A stretch of DNA of 64,000 bases from an uncultured Acidobacteriota bacterium (GTDB lineage: Bacteria; Acidobacteriota; Blastocatellia; RBC074): assembly GCA_963796275.1 (NCBI GenBank), contig CAWCKY010000004.1, positions 320,001-384,000 on the forward strand, read 5' to 3'. The notes beneath the pieces are model-generated. The model was not told the DNA's origin, did no database searches, and was given only the letters and a program-made list of their open reading frames with translations. Shown here one piece after another: positions 20,934 to 31,551 of the stretch. Made by a program: the position numbers and the translations under genes. Position 1 is the first letter of the stretch. The number at the start of each line of letters is the position of its first letter.

Positions 20934-23105
20934 TCAGTTTTGCACCGTATTTCCCGCCGTCTCTCCGCCGAGCCACCGCTTCAACCATGCATGCACCTCT
21001 CGGTAGAAGAACCTGCTGTTCTCGCCCTTCAAAATCCAATGGTTCTCCTCGGGGAAAACTATAAGCTTGCTCGGAATACGCAGGCGCTGGAGAACGCTCC
21101 AGTTTTCGATCGAATTATTCAACGGCACGCGAAAATCATTCTCGCCGATCGTGATCAGCATGGGAGTGCGGAATTTGGAGGCGAACCGAATTGGATTCTG
21201 CTCGCGCCAAGTCGGCCCCTGTTCCCACACCGGGCCGCCATTATTGACCTCGCGCGAATAGATAGTGTCGCTGGTACCCCATTGTGATTCGAGATTGATC
21301 AACCCGGCATGACTGATCAGGCATTTATACCTGGTCGTCGTTGCCTGCAGCCAATTGGCCAGATGCCCGCCATAACTCGCGCCGCCCGCGGCCTGCCGCG
21401 ATCCATCGATGAACTTGAACTGTTTGATCGCTTCATCCGCGGCTTCATTGAGCTCATCGCCCGGTCCTTTTAGCGGGTCGCCCTGAATCTCTTGAGCGAA
21501 TTTCTCACCGTATCCGGTTGAACCGGTGTAGTCCGTCATCAAAATTACATAACCGGGTTGCGCCAGCAAGTGATAGTTCCAGCGCAAAAAGAACTGGTCG
21601 CGCGTCATCGTGTGAGGCCCTCCGTGGATGAAGACGAAGAGCGGATATTTTTTATTCTCGTCAAATTTTGGCGGCAGCGCAATGAGGCTGTGAATCTTCT
21701 TTCCGCGCTTGCTGGTAAACCAGAAATGCCGCAACGGCTGCCAGTCGATCTGCGCAATGCGTTCCGCATTGAAGTCGCTGAGAGCTTTCTGCGATTTGGA
21801 TTTGAGATCGATGCGTACGACCTCGGCGGGATTTACCGCGCTCTCCCAATTGGCGAATAAGGCCGTTGTCGATGCGTTCTCTGGAATTGCGAGGTTTGTG
21901 TAAACGCCGAGCGTCGTATCCATAACCGGGGTCACCTGGCCGCCGGCTGCCGCCACCGTATATAACTTTTCGTGGCCTGCATCTTCGGCCAGAAGGTAGA
22001 TCGTTTTACTGTCAGGCGTAATCGCAAAACCCGATGGCACGCGGTCGAAGTTCTCCGTGATGATCTTGCGGTTTCCCAAGGTGGGGTAGCCGAAGCTGAC
22101 GATCCGATTCAGGTTATATACCTTATCAGTATCCTGACTGAACATGGAGTAAAGAGTCTTCCCATCAGGACTGAACGCCGGGCGCGAGTAGCGGTCTTTT
22201 CCCTCCGTCAGCGGCCGCGGCTCGCCTCCGGCGATCGAAACCTGATAGAGGTTTGTGTTGGTCTCCGAATAAGCGGCGGCGTTTCGATTGCTCATCGCTA
22301 CGAATATTATCGATTGTCCATCAGGCGCCCAGACCGGCTGCAGATCATCGCTGCCCGAGCCGATCGAACCTGAAAAGCCCGGTTCATTCGCCAGTTTCGT
22401 ACCGGCCAACAAATCTTTCGGCTTTGCGCCGGATTCGAGCGGTTGAGCGAAGACGTGAGTCTGCACGTCTTCGATCCAGCGGTCCCAGTTGCGGATCGGA
22501 AACGACTCGTAGACGCGTGCGCGATACTTACGAGCCTTCCGTTCAGTGGCGGTTCTTTTGTTCTCTTCGTCGTTCATCGCGCCGGGGTAGACCGAGCTTG
22601 AGAAAAGTATCTTTTTGCCATCGGGGCTGAACTGAGGTCCGCGCGCGCCGGTCGATAAGCTGGTCGCCCTCGTAGCCTCACCACCCGAGATATCGAGAAC
22701 GTAGATCTGGTTGACTTCGTCGCCTTCGCGTTTTGTCGAAAATGCTATATGGCGAGAATCGGGGCTCCAGGTCGTTCCGCTCTCCGCGCCTTTGCTGCCG
22801 GTCAGCCGGCGCGGCTTCGCGCTCCCGTCGGCGGGCACGGCCCACAAGTCGGAACTCTGATCTTTTTCGTCATATGCCGGTTCGATGACGGTGAAAATTA
22901 CCCACTTGCCATCGGGGCTGGGGACGGGCGCGCCGACGCGTTTCATGAGCCAGACGTCTTCGTGCGTGATCGGCCGCTTGCCGATCGATGTCTGGGCGTC
23001 TGATCGATAGGCCGGAACACACAAGGCGATCAAAATAACGGCAGAGAGGAATGAAACTCGCAGGAATGAAGGGCGATGGGTTTTATAAATGGAAGATGAA
23101 GGCAT
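20934..23105 (-). CDS. S9 family peptidase (dipeptidyl peptidase/acylaminoacyl peptidase)
   Basis: PD40 propeller repeats, HGGP, GASYGG nucleophile, catalytic D and H. Start approximate. Confidence 0.92.
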   Translation of the reverse strand: MPSSSIYKTHRPSFLRVSFLSAVILIALCVPAYRSDAQTSIGKRPITHEDVWLMKRVGAPVPSPDGKWVIFTVIEPAYDEKDQSSDLWAVPADGSAKPRRLTGSKGAESGTTWSPDSRHIAFSTKREGDEVNQIYVLDISGGEATRATSLSTGARGPQFSPDGKKILFSSSVYPGAMNDEENKRTATERKARKYRARVYESFPIRNWDRWIEDVQTHVFAQPLESGAKPKDLLAGTKLANEPGFSGSIGSGSDDLQPVWAPDGQSIIFVAMSNRNAAAYSETNTNLYQVSIAGGEPRPLTEGKDRYSRPAFSPDGKTLYSMFSQDTDKVYNLNRIVSFGYPTLGNRKIITENFDRVPSGFAITPDSKTIYLLAEDAGHEKLYTVAAAGGQVTPVMDTTLGVYTNLAIPENASTTALFANWESAVNPAEVVRIDLKSKSQKALSDFNAERIAQIDWQPLRHFWFTSKRGKKIHSLIALPPKFDENKKYPLFVFIHGGPHTMTRDQFFLRWNYHLLAQPGYVILMTDYTGSTGYGEKFAQEIQGDPLKGPGDELNEAADEAIKQFKFIDGSRQAAGGASYGGHLANWLQATTTRYKCLISHAGLINLESQWGTSDTIYSREVNNGGPVWEQGPTWREQNPIRFASKFRTPMLITIGENDFRVPLNNSIENWSVLQRLRIPSKLIVFPEENHWILKGENSRFFYREVHAWLKRWLGGETAGNTVQN

Positions 23106-23218
23106 TTTTTTATTCCTCAGAAAATCAGTTGACACTTGGAGTCTTGCAGTCGGCAATCGGCATTTCGCCAACATTCTCGTCACGGTTCAAACGAAAACCC
23201 AACCGCCAACTGATTCAA

Positions 23219-24523
23219 TTACTTGGTCACTCGCTTACCGATACAATACAGATGTCCGCCAGTGCGGATGAATATCTGCCCGTCAGAGATCGCGGGAGAA
23301 CTCAGGCAGTAATCGTTCAGCGCATTTTCGGCCAGAACTTGAAACTGCGGGCCCGCTTTGATGACTGTCGTCAACCCGTCTTCGTTGGAAGCATAAATCT
23401 TGCCATCCGCCATAACCGGAGATGAACTGTATGTGCCCGACTTGAGGCGCTGTGGCGGGTAAATATCTTTTCCCGTCTTGGCGTCGAGACACATGAATAC
23501 GCCGTTATCGCGCACGATGTAAATGTACTTGCCGTCAGTAACCGGTGTCGGAACATCAGGTCCGTTTTCTATAACCCATGCTCGATGAGAGTCGGTGATG
23601 TCGCCTCGTCCGCCGGCACGCAATGCTAGATATGGTTTGTATTTGCTTCCCGCATAGATCATCCCATCGGCGACGACCGGAGAATTAACGATCCGATAGA
23701 AACCGTCGTTAGCGGGGTTCAAACCATTCGCTCGCCACAGCTCTTTGCCAGTCGCCAGATCGTGTCCCGTCACGCAATCTCCGCCGCTGATGATTAATTC
23801 CGTGCTGTTGTTGTACTTGAGTATGACGGGCGTTATGTATGAGTCAGGCGATTCCTGCCTGGCCTGTGTCGGACGCTCGACGCGCCAGACCGTTTTACCG
23901 CTGGCCTTGTTGATGCGCAATATATAAGAAGGATCGTCAGTCTTCATCCCGTGCAGCACGGGAATGTAGAGCGAATCACCATAAAGCAAGGGAGACGATG
24001 CGTAACCCCAATTCAAACCGAACTTGCCGTAATCTTTTTGAATATCCCGCGACCAGGACTCGTTTCCTTTGAAATCGAAACTCTTTAACATCCCCGTCCC
24101 GGTGAGCACCCATACTCGATTTCCGTCGGTTACCGGAGAGGGCGAGGACATATTCTGCTTGCGCATCACTACATCGCCGCTACCCAGCGGTTTCTTCCAG
24201 AGCACCATGCCCTTCGCGCGATCCAGGCACCAGAGGTATAGATCGCCGGCAACCGATTTCCTCCCTCCTTGACCTCCTCCGGAGGTATTAATGAATATAT
24301 AATTTCCCCAGATGATCGGCGTCGACCCGCTCCACGCGGGCAACTCGAGTTTCCAGGTAATATTCTCTTCCGTGGTCCATTTGACGGGCAGATTCTTCTC
24401 GTTACTGATCCCGTTGAGCAACGGGCCGCGCCACTGCGGCCAGTTCTCTGCGGAAACGAGAGAGATAGCGGGGGCTGATAACAAAATTATGGTGATCAAT
24501 CCGAGCGAAAGTTTACGGCACAT
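23219..24523 (-). CDS. PQQ-like beta-propeller repeat protein
   Basis: NWPQWRGP N-terminus, repeated SSP and TGK..W motifs. Confidence 0.88.
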   Translation of the reverse strand: MCRKLSLGLITIILLSAPAISLVSAENWPQWRGPLLNGISNEKNLPVKWTTEENITWKLELPAWSGSTPIIWGNYIFINTSGGGQGGRKSVAGDLYLWCLDRAKGMVLWKKPLGSGDVVMRKQNMSSPSPVTDGNRVWVLTGTGMLKSFDFKGNESWSRDIQKDYGKFGLNWGYASSPLLYGDSLYIPVLHGMKTDDPSYILRINKASGKTVWRVERPTQARQESPDSYITPVILKYNNSTELIISGGDCVTGHDLATGKELWRANGLNPANDGFYRIVNSPVVADGMIYAGSKYKPYLALRAGGRGDITDSHRAWVIENGPDVPTPVTDGKYIYIVRDNGVFMCLDAKTGKDIYPPQRLKSGTYSSSPVMADGKIYASNEDGLTTVIKAGPQFQVLAENALNDYCLSSPAISDGQIFIRTGGHLYCIGKRVTK

Positions 24524-24930
24524 TTATCTTCTCCCCTCATACTGCCGGTGGCGTCTGCCCTACCAACAGTGACTATTTGTCATAAGGCCTCATATCAGCA
24601 TTATGAACAACCCAGTTAAAGAAAATCAGGTGAACTTCGTGAAAAGCTATTGCAGGATATCTTTATGATGGTAGAACATTATTTCTTAAAGTAGAAGGGA
24701 ATAGGATATAAGGGAAGAGGATATATAGGAGAACCCGGAAGCAGAACCCTCGATAGTGGTTATACGCTCGGGGTGCGATGAAGAAGATGTAAATTTCGTA
24801 CATGAGGCCGGGTTATGACTGGCCTGGCAAGTGACTGGAAAGTCCGATCCGGATCAAGGCACTCTATAAGATGAAATGATATACCAACCTATTTCGTAAA
24901 TCTCATACAACTGATTTAGTCAATAGGACA

Positions 24931-26253
24931 ATGACAAATGTGATATACAACCAGCTCTTCCAAATCCTTTCAATCACGCAAGCCGCCCTCAGAGAGAGTG
25001 AGGATCGGCTCGCCGCGTTAAACGAGGCTTCGCTGAAAAGCGAGGAGCATTATCGCGCCCTCATCGAGCGAAGCTGGGATGGAGTGCTCCTGCTTACATC
25101 GACTGGGGTAATCACTTACGCCAGCCCCTCCACCCATCGCATTCTCGGTCACAAGGGCGACGATTTGATCATTCAAAATGCATTCGCGCTCATGCATCCG
25201 GAAGATTCGCCCCGCATCCTTCCACAATTCCAACTTCTCCTTTCCAGACCCGAGGAGACTATGACTGCTGAGTTCCGTTATCAGCATATAGATAGCTCAT
25301 GGCGCTGGTTGGAATGTACGGCGACCAATCTGCTTGAAAACCCGAACGTGCAAGCGCTGGTCATCAATTATCGCGACATTACCGAACGCAAGTCGAACGA
25401 AGATGCATTGAGGCAAGCGCGCGACGAACTCGAGCAGAGGGTTTTCGAAAGAACCGCCGAGTTGGTCGCCGCCAATGAATCGCTGATCGAGCAGATCGCC
25501 GAACGCAACCGCACCGAGGCCGAACTTCAGCGCCTCTCACACAGGCTGGTCGAGGTCCAGGAACAGGAGCGACGCGCTATCGCACGCGAGCTGCACGATG
25601 AGATCGGCCAGATATTGACCGGGCTCAAGATGACGCTCGAATTCACGCGACGGCTGCCGGCGGAAGCCGCCAGCGATGGTTTCGATCGCGTCTACCGGCA
25701 GGTCAATGATCTGCTGGCCCACGTGCGTAACCTATCGCTCGATCTCCGCCCCGCTATGCTCGATGATTTGGGCCTGCTCCCTGCAATCTTCTGGCATATC
25801 GACCGCTATACCTCGCAAACCGAGGTAAAGGTCAATTTCATTCACTCGGGTATAGACGGACGCTACGCGCCGGAGGTCGAGACGGCTATCTATCGTATCG
25901 TGCAAGAGGCCTTGACCAATGTGGCGCGCCACAGCCAAGTCAAGCAGGTTAAAGTCCTGCTTTGGGCTAACACGGAAACCATCAATGTTCAGATCGAGGA
26001 TCAGGGCGTCGGCTTTAATCCGGAATCGGTTTTCGCCGCGGGCAGATCGAACGGCCTGACAGGCATGCGCGAACGCGCTGCGCTCCTCGGTGGACGATTG
26101 GCTATCGAGTCAGCGCCCGGATCCGGCATGTGCGTGACCGCCGAATTGCCGCTCGCCCGATCAACTAGGGAACCGCAACAACAACCTCGTTGGCGCGCAC
26201 GAGACGCAGCTGATCCTGCGCCACTTGTGCCGCCACCCGCGGATCGTTCCTGA
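24931..26253 (+). CDS. PAS-domain sensor histidine kinase (HisKA_3, NarX/UhpB type)
   Basis: PAS/PAC, ERRAIARELHDEIGQ, QEALTNVARH, DQGVGF, GL.GMRER. Confidence 0.92.
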   Translation: MTNVIYNQLFQILSITQAALRESEDRLAALNEASLKSEEHYRALIERSWDGVLLLTSTGVITYASPSTHRILGHKGDDLIIQNAFALMHPEDSPRILPQFQLLLSRPEETMTAEFRYQHIDSSWRWLECTATNLLENPNVQALVINYRDITERKSNEDALRQARDELEQRVFERTAELVAANESLIEQIAERNRTEAELQRLSHRLVEVQEQERRAIARELHDEIGQILTGLKMTLEFTRRLPAEAASDGFDRVYRQVNDLLAHVRNLSLDLRPAMLDDLGLLPAIFWHIDRYTSQTEVKVNFIHSGIDGRYAPEVETAIYRIVQEALTNVARHSQVKQVKVLLWANTETINVQIEDQGVGFNPESVFAAGRSNGLTGMRERAALLGGRLAIESAPGSGMCVTAELPLARSTREPQQQPRWRARDAADPAPLVPPPADRS

Positions 26254-26542
26254 TCCTCCCCGTCCGCTCCTTGACATCCAGCTGTATCCCTCTCGCTATC
26301 TCAACCCTGCTCTGAGTGTAAATATAAGCGGCCCTCGCCTCCCGTTCCTGCTCCTGTGAACGCATTAATGTGGAGAGTGAGAGAGCGATTAGTGTCAGAA
26401 TGACCATCGCCAGCCAGACCTGGTTGGGAATCCGGGGGACCCACCAAAAATAACGCGCAGTCGTCCTCGGCCCATAATTTAGCGCTGAGACTGTCCTCGC
26501 TGAGTATGAATTACTGATTCGTTTCAAAGCGATACCTCCCAT
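26165..26542 (-). CDS. FtsB/FtsL-like septum formation initiator
   Basis: Single TM, coiled coil, NDP....AQDQLRLVRANEVVV tail. Confidence 0.65.
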   Translation of the reverse strand: MGGIALKRISNSYSARTVSALNYGPRTTARYFWWVPRIPNQVWLAMVILTLIALSLSTLMRSQEQEREARAAYIYTQSRVEIARGIQLDVKERTGRIRNDPRVAAQVAQDQLRLVRANEVVVAVP

Positions 26543-26938
26543 TTTTCCATCTAATTTTTTTTGAGCTTGATATCCCAGAAAATAACATTAAACATTTACT
26601 CTGTAAAGCCTGTTTTTTCAATTATTTCACAAGTACAACCTAACGCTAAGCCTAAGGCTTTAAACAATACATTATAAACAAGTTTCAGAGAGTCGACTGA
26701 GAGTGATTGGAGTTATTTGATGAAGGAAACACAATATGTTGATGGTGTGATTTGTTTTCTACCAGATATGAGGATCATTAGATTGAAATGTATGATCATC
26801 AAGCGTTTATTACGTGATGATACAAGACAATTATAGTCGAAATTGGGAATTGGGATTAGATACGGCGCAGTAAAACTCAAATCACAAAGAACAGGAGACC
26901 GTTTTTGTGACATCGCACTTACGTGTTCTGGTTGGAGA

Positions 26939-27454
26939 TCAGGCAGCTAAAGTCTTGGTACGCGTCTTCTTACCGGCTAAAGCGTTATCGATCATTGCTT
27001 CGACTTCCTCAGCCGACAATTTGGTGACGTGGGCGATCTCCCTGATGATCAGATAGCGCGCACGCGCCATCGTCTGCTGTTCTTCCGGTGAAAGCGTCTT
27101 GCCTTTGCTGAGTTTCGACATGGTTTTAAGAGAGTCCGCAACCTCATAAATCTCCCCCGTAGCCATTCGCTCAGCGTTCTTGGCGTTGCGTTTCCGATGA
27201 TCGGTCGCCACTTCTATGTCTTTACCTAGAAATCTCAACAACTTGGGAATATCTGTCTTGTCAATCAACTTACGAACCCCGACGCCCTCAGCCTTATTCA
27301 CGGGAACAAGGATCGTCGTGCTCTCCTGAAAATCCAACGGTTTTAGTTGATACAATCTAACTGTTGATCCGTTTACATTTTGTTCGACAATACCGGATAC
27401 CCGGCATATCCCAAGTCGTGGATAAATAACCTTGTTACCTTCTCTGTAAGTCAA
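26939..27454 (-). CDS. carD: CarD family transcription regulator
   Basis: GNKVIYPRLGICRV, ILVPV...GVRKL. TTG start after a GGAG RBS. Confidence 0.85.
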   Translation of the reverse strand: MTYREGNKVIYPRLGICRVSGIVEQNVNGSTVRLYQLKPLDFQESTTILVPVNKAEGVGVRKLIDKTDIPKLLRFLGKDIEVATDHRKRNAKNAERMATGEIYEVADSLKTMSKLSKGKTLSPEEQQTMARARYLIIREIAHVTKLSAEEVEAMIDNALAGKKTRTKTLAA

Positions 27455-27614
27455 GTTGGATCTCCTATCGCTCAAAATTGACCCAAGTATAGCATAAAAA
27501 CCCACTTTTGGGGGTTACTAGGTCAAATTTTCCTGCTGGATTGTTTCCAGACAGCGGATAATCCTTTTGCTTCCAGTTAAATATATTAATGCTTATGATC
27601 TGACCGATTTTATT

Positions 27615-28970
27615 TCACTTCATTCCCTTGAGTATATGAAGGCATTCGATCATAGCGCGTCCGTTATGGTAACCGGCTTTCCATGAATGAGCTTTATCGC
27701 CTTGAGGTTGGTCATCGGGTGTGATGTTGGCGTGCCATTCGCCGTTCTCCCAATCAGTCTGATATTTTTCGATAAATTTGTAAGTATTCTCGAAGACATC
27801 GAGATATTTCTGATCGCTCGTCAGGCGGAACATATAGAGTGCGCTCACTATGGCTTCGGCTTCGACCCACCATACTTTTATCAAGCGATCGGCGGGTTGG
27901 TTGAAAGAGCCGCTGTCAAAGAAACCGCCTTTCTTTGTGTCGTAGCCGTACTTCAGAGAGTAGTCGAATAAAGTGCGATAGAGATCGAGCAGCGGATAAT
28001 TCGAGATGCCGGCGGCGGCGCAGGCATCGATCAACAACCATATGTTCTCCAGATCGTGGCCGTAGGAGACGCGCGCGAATTCACCCTCCAATCTGGGAGT
28101 CCAATCGCGGTTATATTTGTCGGTGCAGGCTCCCAGGTTCTTGCGCACGACGGCATTGCTCTGGATATTTATCAATTCAATCAATCGCTCGCGCGCCAGC
28201 GGCAGCTTGCTCGCCCGGTAGAAAGTCGTCATCGCTTCAAGCAGATGGAGGTGGGTGTTCATGAGCTTGAGTCCCGGGTTCCCCCCGAGATACGGGCTCT
28301 CGCCTTTCGCTTCGCCCCACTGTGCGTCGAAGAATTCCTGGTAGCCTCCGAATTTCGCATCGTGCGCTTTCACCTCGAGCAGGTTGAAGAATTTGACGGC
28401 GAAATCGAGGACATCCTTGCGGCGAGTGGCGAGTGCATATTCCGAGACCGCATAGAGACCGAATGACTGGCCGTAGAGATGCTTACCCGTTCTCTGCTTT
28501 TTGTTTCCGGTCGCATCGACCTCCCAGTAAAACCCGCCATCCCGCGCATCCCACATCTTCTCGCGCAGAAAGCGATAGCCGTGTTCGGCCGCGTCCAGGC
28601 ATCCTTTACCGCAATAACCGGCGCGCGCTGAACGGGCGAAGAGCCAGACCGTGCGCGCCTGCGAAACGATCATCTTGACGCCCGGCCCTTTGTCTTCACC
28701 CCGCGGACCAAAGTTTATGGTGTAGCCGCCGTTGACCCGATCGATGCTCTTTTTGAGCCAGAAAGCCAGGATGTTCTCTTTCAGATTTTTCTCGAGTCGC
28801 GGGACGTAAGTTTCCGCAGGCGTTTGACCCGAAATGCGGCCGGCCGTGGTTTGCCCTATCGGAGCCAGAAACGAGAAAACGAAACAAACGAAAATAAATG
28901 AAACATACGAAAAATGACCGGAGTTTCGTCTGTTTCGTTTATCTTCGTTTGTTTCGTGTTTTTGTTTCAA
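27615..28970 (-). CDS. AGE family epimerase (cellobiose 2-epimerase-like), probably exported
   Basis: QARTVW.F, HLYGQSF, MNTHLHLLEA, SYGHDLE, WKAGYHNGR. TTG start at 28970 is tentative. Confidence 0.88.
   Translation of the reverse strand: MKQKHETNEDKRNRRNSGHFSYVSFIFVCFVFSFLAPIGQTTAGRISGQTPAETYVPRLEKNLKENILAFWLKKSIDRVNGGYTINFGPRGEDKGPGVKMIVSQARTVWLFARSARAGYCGKGCLDAAEHGYRFLREKMWDARDGGFYWEVDATGNKKQRTGKHLYGQSFGLYAVSEYALATRRKDVLDFAVKFFNLLEVKAHDAKFGGYQEFFDAQWGEAKGESPYLGGNPGLKLMNTHLHLLEAMTTFYRASKLPLARERLIELINIQSNAVVRKNLGACTDKYNRDWTPRLEGEFARVSYGHDLENIWLLIDACAAAGISNYPLLDLYRTLFDYSLKYGYDTKKGGFFDSGSFNQPADRLIKVWWVEAEAIVSALYMFRLTSDQKYLDVFENTYKFIEKYQTDWENGEWHANITPDDQPQGDKAHSWKAGYHNGRAMIECLHILKGMK
28879..28957. 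repeat. 34-bp-arm palindrome with 9-nt periodicity
   Basis: acgaaacaaacgaaaataaatgaaacatacgaaa versus tttcgtctgtttcgtttatcttcgtttgtttcgt (3 mismatches). Confidence 0.9.
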
Positions 28971-29043
28971 TCGCGCAATGAGCCTTTCACGGCTAACCGA
29001 ATACAAACGCAAAGGGTCTCGAATTATGGCCCTTTCAGTTTCC

Positions 29044-31533
29044 TCATCTTCGCTGACCGATATTATCCGTCCCGATGCTCCCGATACCTTTGAGCGTAAA
29101 GGCAAAGATGACTCGGCTCTCGTTCCGGACGCCCGCGTTAAAAGTAATTCGCTGGACATTGAAGCTGCAGCAATCCCATGCCCATCCTCCAGAGGCTGTT
29201 AAATTGATGAAGGTGCGGTCGCGCCGATCGCCATTGAACTTACGGTCGCGCAGATCGTAGGCCAGGCCCACTCCTCCGAACGGCCCGCGCGTCACATTTC
29301 CGATTAAGGCATTGAAGTCCACCTGGTTGCCGGGAAAAGACGAGGGGTCATAGTACACATTATTGGGCTGGACGACATTATCCATCTCATCCAGGTCTAA
29401 TTGCCGTGAGAAATACCAGGATTGACTGAATTGAAAAATTCCGCGGCCGAACCCCGTTCCGACGATGAAATCCCGCAATGTGTTGAAGTGCGTGTCGTAG
29501 TTCATCCTGAAATCCGCCCAGAGCATATCCGTCGGGCGCACCCGCGCGCGCACATTGAGCGGAGAGGTGTTTCTGATAAAGCCGCCGTAGGAGAAACCCG
29601 AGAGCGTGTTTATCGGAAAGAACTGGTTGCGGACTCCGTCCTGCATCGCTCCGCCGAATGTCGGATCGAAGAAATATTTCTGCGCCAGCGTGAGATTGAA
29701 CAGCTCGTGCGGCTGCGGGCTCGACCCGTTCTCGCCTGCGCGGCGAATCAGAAAACTGTTGCTCACCCCGTACGTGATCTCATTCGTCCCCGCAACTACA
29801 TCGCGCTCGTCGATGCGCAGGGTTCGATCGAATTCGTCAATTCCCGAGATCAAACGATATTCGACGAAGGGCTCGATCACGTGCTTGAACCACGGTACGC
29901 CGTTTCGATGGAAGATTTTCGAAAAGGAAGGCATGCGCAGATCGAGATTTACCTCGCCGTACTTCCGGAACAGATTCTGTCCCGTTACCTGTTTTTGGAC
30001 CGGGTCGAGGCTGTCGCTGTAGAAAGTCGAACGCATCCCGATGCTCGGCGTCAGCGTAAAACCCGCGAATGAAGGCAGCGGGATGGTCAGGCGCGGGAAA
30101 AAGTCCAATCGCTGTACGAATGACGGTGTTTTGAAAATCGCCGTGCTACCTGACGATTCACTCCGGCGGATTCCTTCGACCGCAGATTCGAACGAGAAAT
30201 AGAAGGGCAGAGATTCCGTCACTTTCGTGCTGCGCTGTGAGAATTCGACGCTGGGCAGTTGGCGGACTTTGACTATTTCATCTCTTCCGGTGCGGCAATT
30301 GTTGCCGGTGTTCGGAACGCAGCCTGGATCGATGTAATTTTGGTCGAAGATGAAAGAACTCTGTTCACCGAAAAAAGAATTGAAGCTGAAAGAACGCCAA
30401 TTCTTGTTGAGATAAAAGATCGTCCGCTCTTCCGGCGAGATCGCCGTCAGGACGTTTTCCGAGAATATCTGACGGAAATCGAAGCTCGATGTTATGTTGA
30501 CATCTGCGACCGCGATAAAACCGTTTTTGAAATGCTGGACGGCATCGGCGTAAAAACTGGTCCCACCCTGGTTAGGCCCGGGCCCACCCCATAAACGATC
30601 GATCACTGAGAATGAACCCATCGATATGCTCGAGTTTTCATCAGGCCGCGCACGGAAATCGAAGCCCAACCCGAGACCGCGATTGGTGAAAACGTCCGTT
30701 CGAACCAACATATCCGCACTGCGCCCCAGGGTCTGGTAATAACCGAGATGTAACGTGCGCCCATTGTTACTCGATGAGCCCCAGCTCGGCAGCAGGAATC
30801 CTGATGAACGGTCCTTTTTACTGGTCGGAACCGAAGCGTACGGCAGATAAAAGATCGGAATGTTTTTGATACGAAAGAGAGCGTTGTAGAGCTTCGCCTG
30901 ATGATCGACCCGGATGCGCGCGCGCTTGGCCGTGAAGGTCCATTTCGGCACCTCCTCCTGACACGCGGTCAGCGTCACATCTTCGAAGTTGTAAGTATCA
31001 TCTCCCGTCTTATCGGTCCGCTTAAAATCGATGATTAACACCGAGCCGTCGGGCGTGCGATTAGTGAAGGCGGTCGAATCGTGTATGGTACCGCGTTTCG
31101 TCTTTGTATTGAGTTCGACTCGATCAGCGGCGATGCGTTGCCCCTGCTGTTCGAAGAAAACATTCCCCACGGCAATCAGGTCGTTTGTCACCTGGTGTAA
31201 CGTGACGCGGTCGGCAATTATCAGTATATCGCCGAACGTCACCTGAACATTACCGGTGAGAATCAAGACATCGCCTTCTTTTCCCTGATTATTGGAGAGA
31301 AACTCCACGACTTCGGGTTGTCCGGGCTCGACTTCTGCGACGATGGCTATTTTCTGCGAGCTTTTTGTAGATTTTTGTGGATTGATCCGGCGGAGCGACC
31401 GCTTCTCTTCCGCAGCTGCGCCGATCGGGTTTTCGACTTTTTTCTCGATGTCCTCCGGCTGCTGCGCTGCGGCCGGAACGATAAATATCAGGGCAAATAA
31501 AATACAATATAAGAGACGAATAATTTGTAACAT
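29044..31533 (-). CDS. lptD: LPS-assembly protein LptD
   Basis: OstA-like N-domain, T.C....PKW, PIFYLPY, RSSGFLLP, C-terminal DCC motif. Confidence 0.92.
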   Translation of the reverse strand: MLQIIRLLYCILFALIFIVPAAAQQPEDIEKKVENPIGAAAEEKRSLRRINPQKSTKSSQKIAIVAEVEPGQPEVVEFLSNNQGKEGDVLILTGNVQVTFGDILIIADRVTLHQVTNDLIAVGNVFFEQQGQRIAADRVELNTKTKRGTIHDSTAFTNRTPDGSVLIIDFKRTDKTGDDTYNFEDVTLTACQEEVPKWTFTAKRARIRVDHQAKLYNALFRIKNIPIFYLPYASVPTSKKDRSSGFLLPSWGSSSNNGRTLHLGYYQTLGRSADMLVRTDVFTNRGLGLGFDFRARPDENSSISMGSFSVIDRLWGGPGPNQGGTSFYADAVQHFKNGFIAVADVNITSSFDFRQIFSENVLTAISPEERTIFYLNKNWRSFSFNSFFGEQSSFIFDQNYIDPGCVPNTGNNCRTGRDEIVKVRQLPSVEFSQRSTKVTESLPFYFSFESAVEGIRRSESSGSTAIFKTPSFVQRLDFFPRLTIPLPSFAGFTLTPSIGMRSTFYSDSLDPVQKQVTGQNLFRKYGEVNLDLRMPSFSKIFHRNGVPWFKHVIEPFVEYRLISGIDEFDRTLRIDERDVVAGTNEITYGVSNSFLIRRAGENGSSPQPHELFNLTLAQKYFFDPTFGGAMQDGVRNQFFPINTLSGFSYGGFIRNTSPLNVRARVRPTDMLWADFRMNYDTHFNTLRDFIVGTGFGRGIFQFSQSWYFSRQLDLDEMDNVVQPNNVYYDPSSFPGNQVDFNALIGNVTRGPFGGVGLAYDLRDRKFNGDRRDRTFINLTASGGWAWDCCSFNVQRITFNAGVRNESRVIFAFTLKGIGSIGTDNIGQRR

Positions 31534-31551
31534 GAAAAATCGTTGGTGAGT

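Noticed and set aside
26543-26938. AT-rich gap as an ncRNA or small gene
   Set aside because: No convincing stem set or ORF. Probably a promoter region.
28971-29159. Long N-terminal extension of the epimerase overlapping lptD
   Set aside because: It overlaps the lptD 3' end out of frame and shows no protein-like features.
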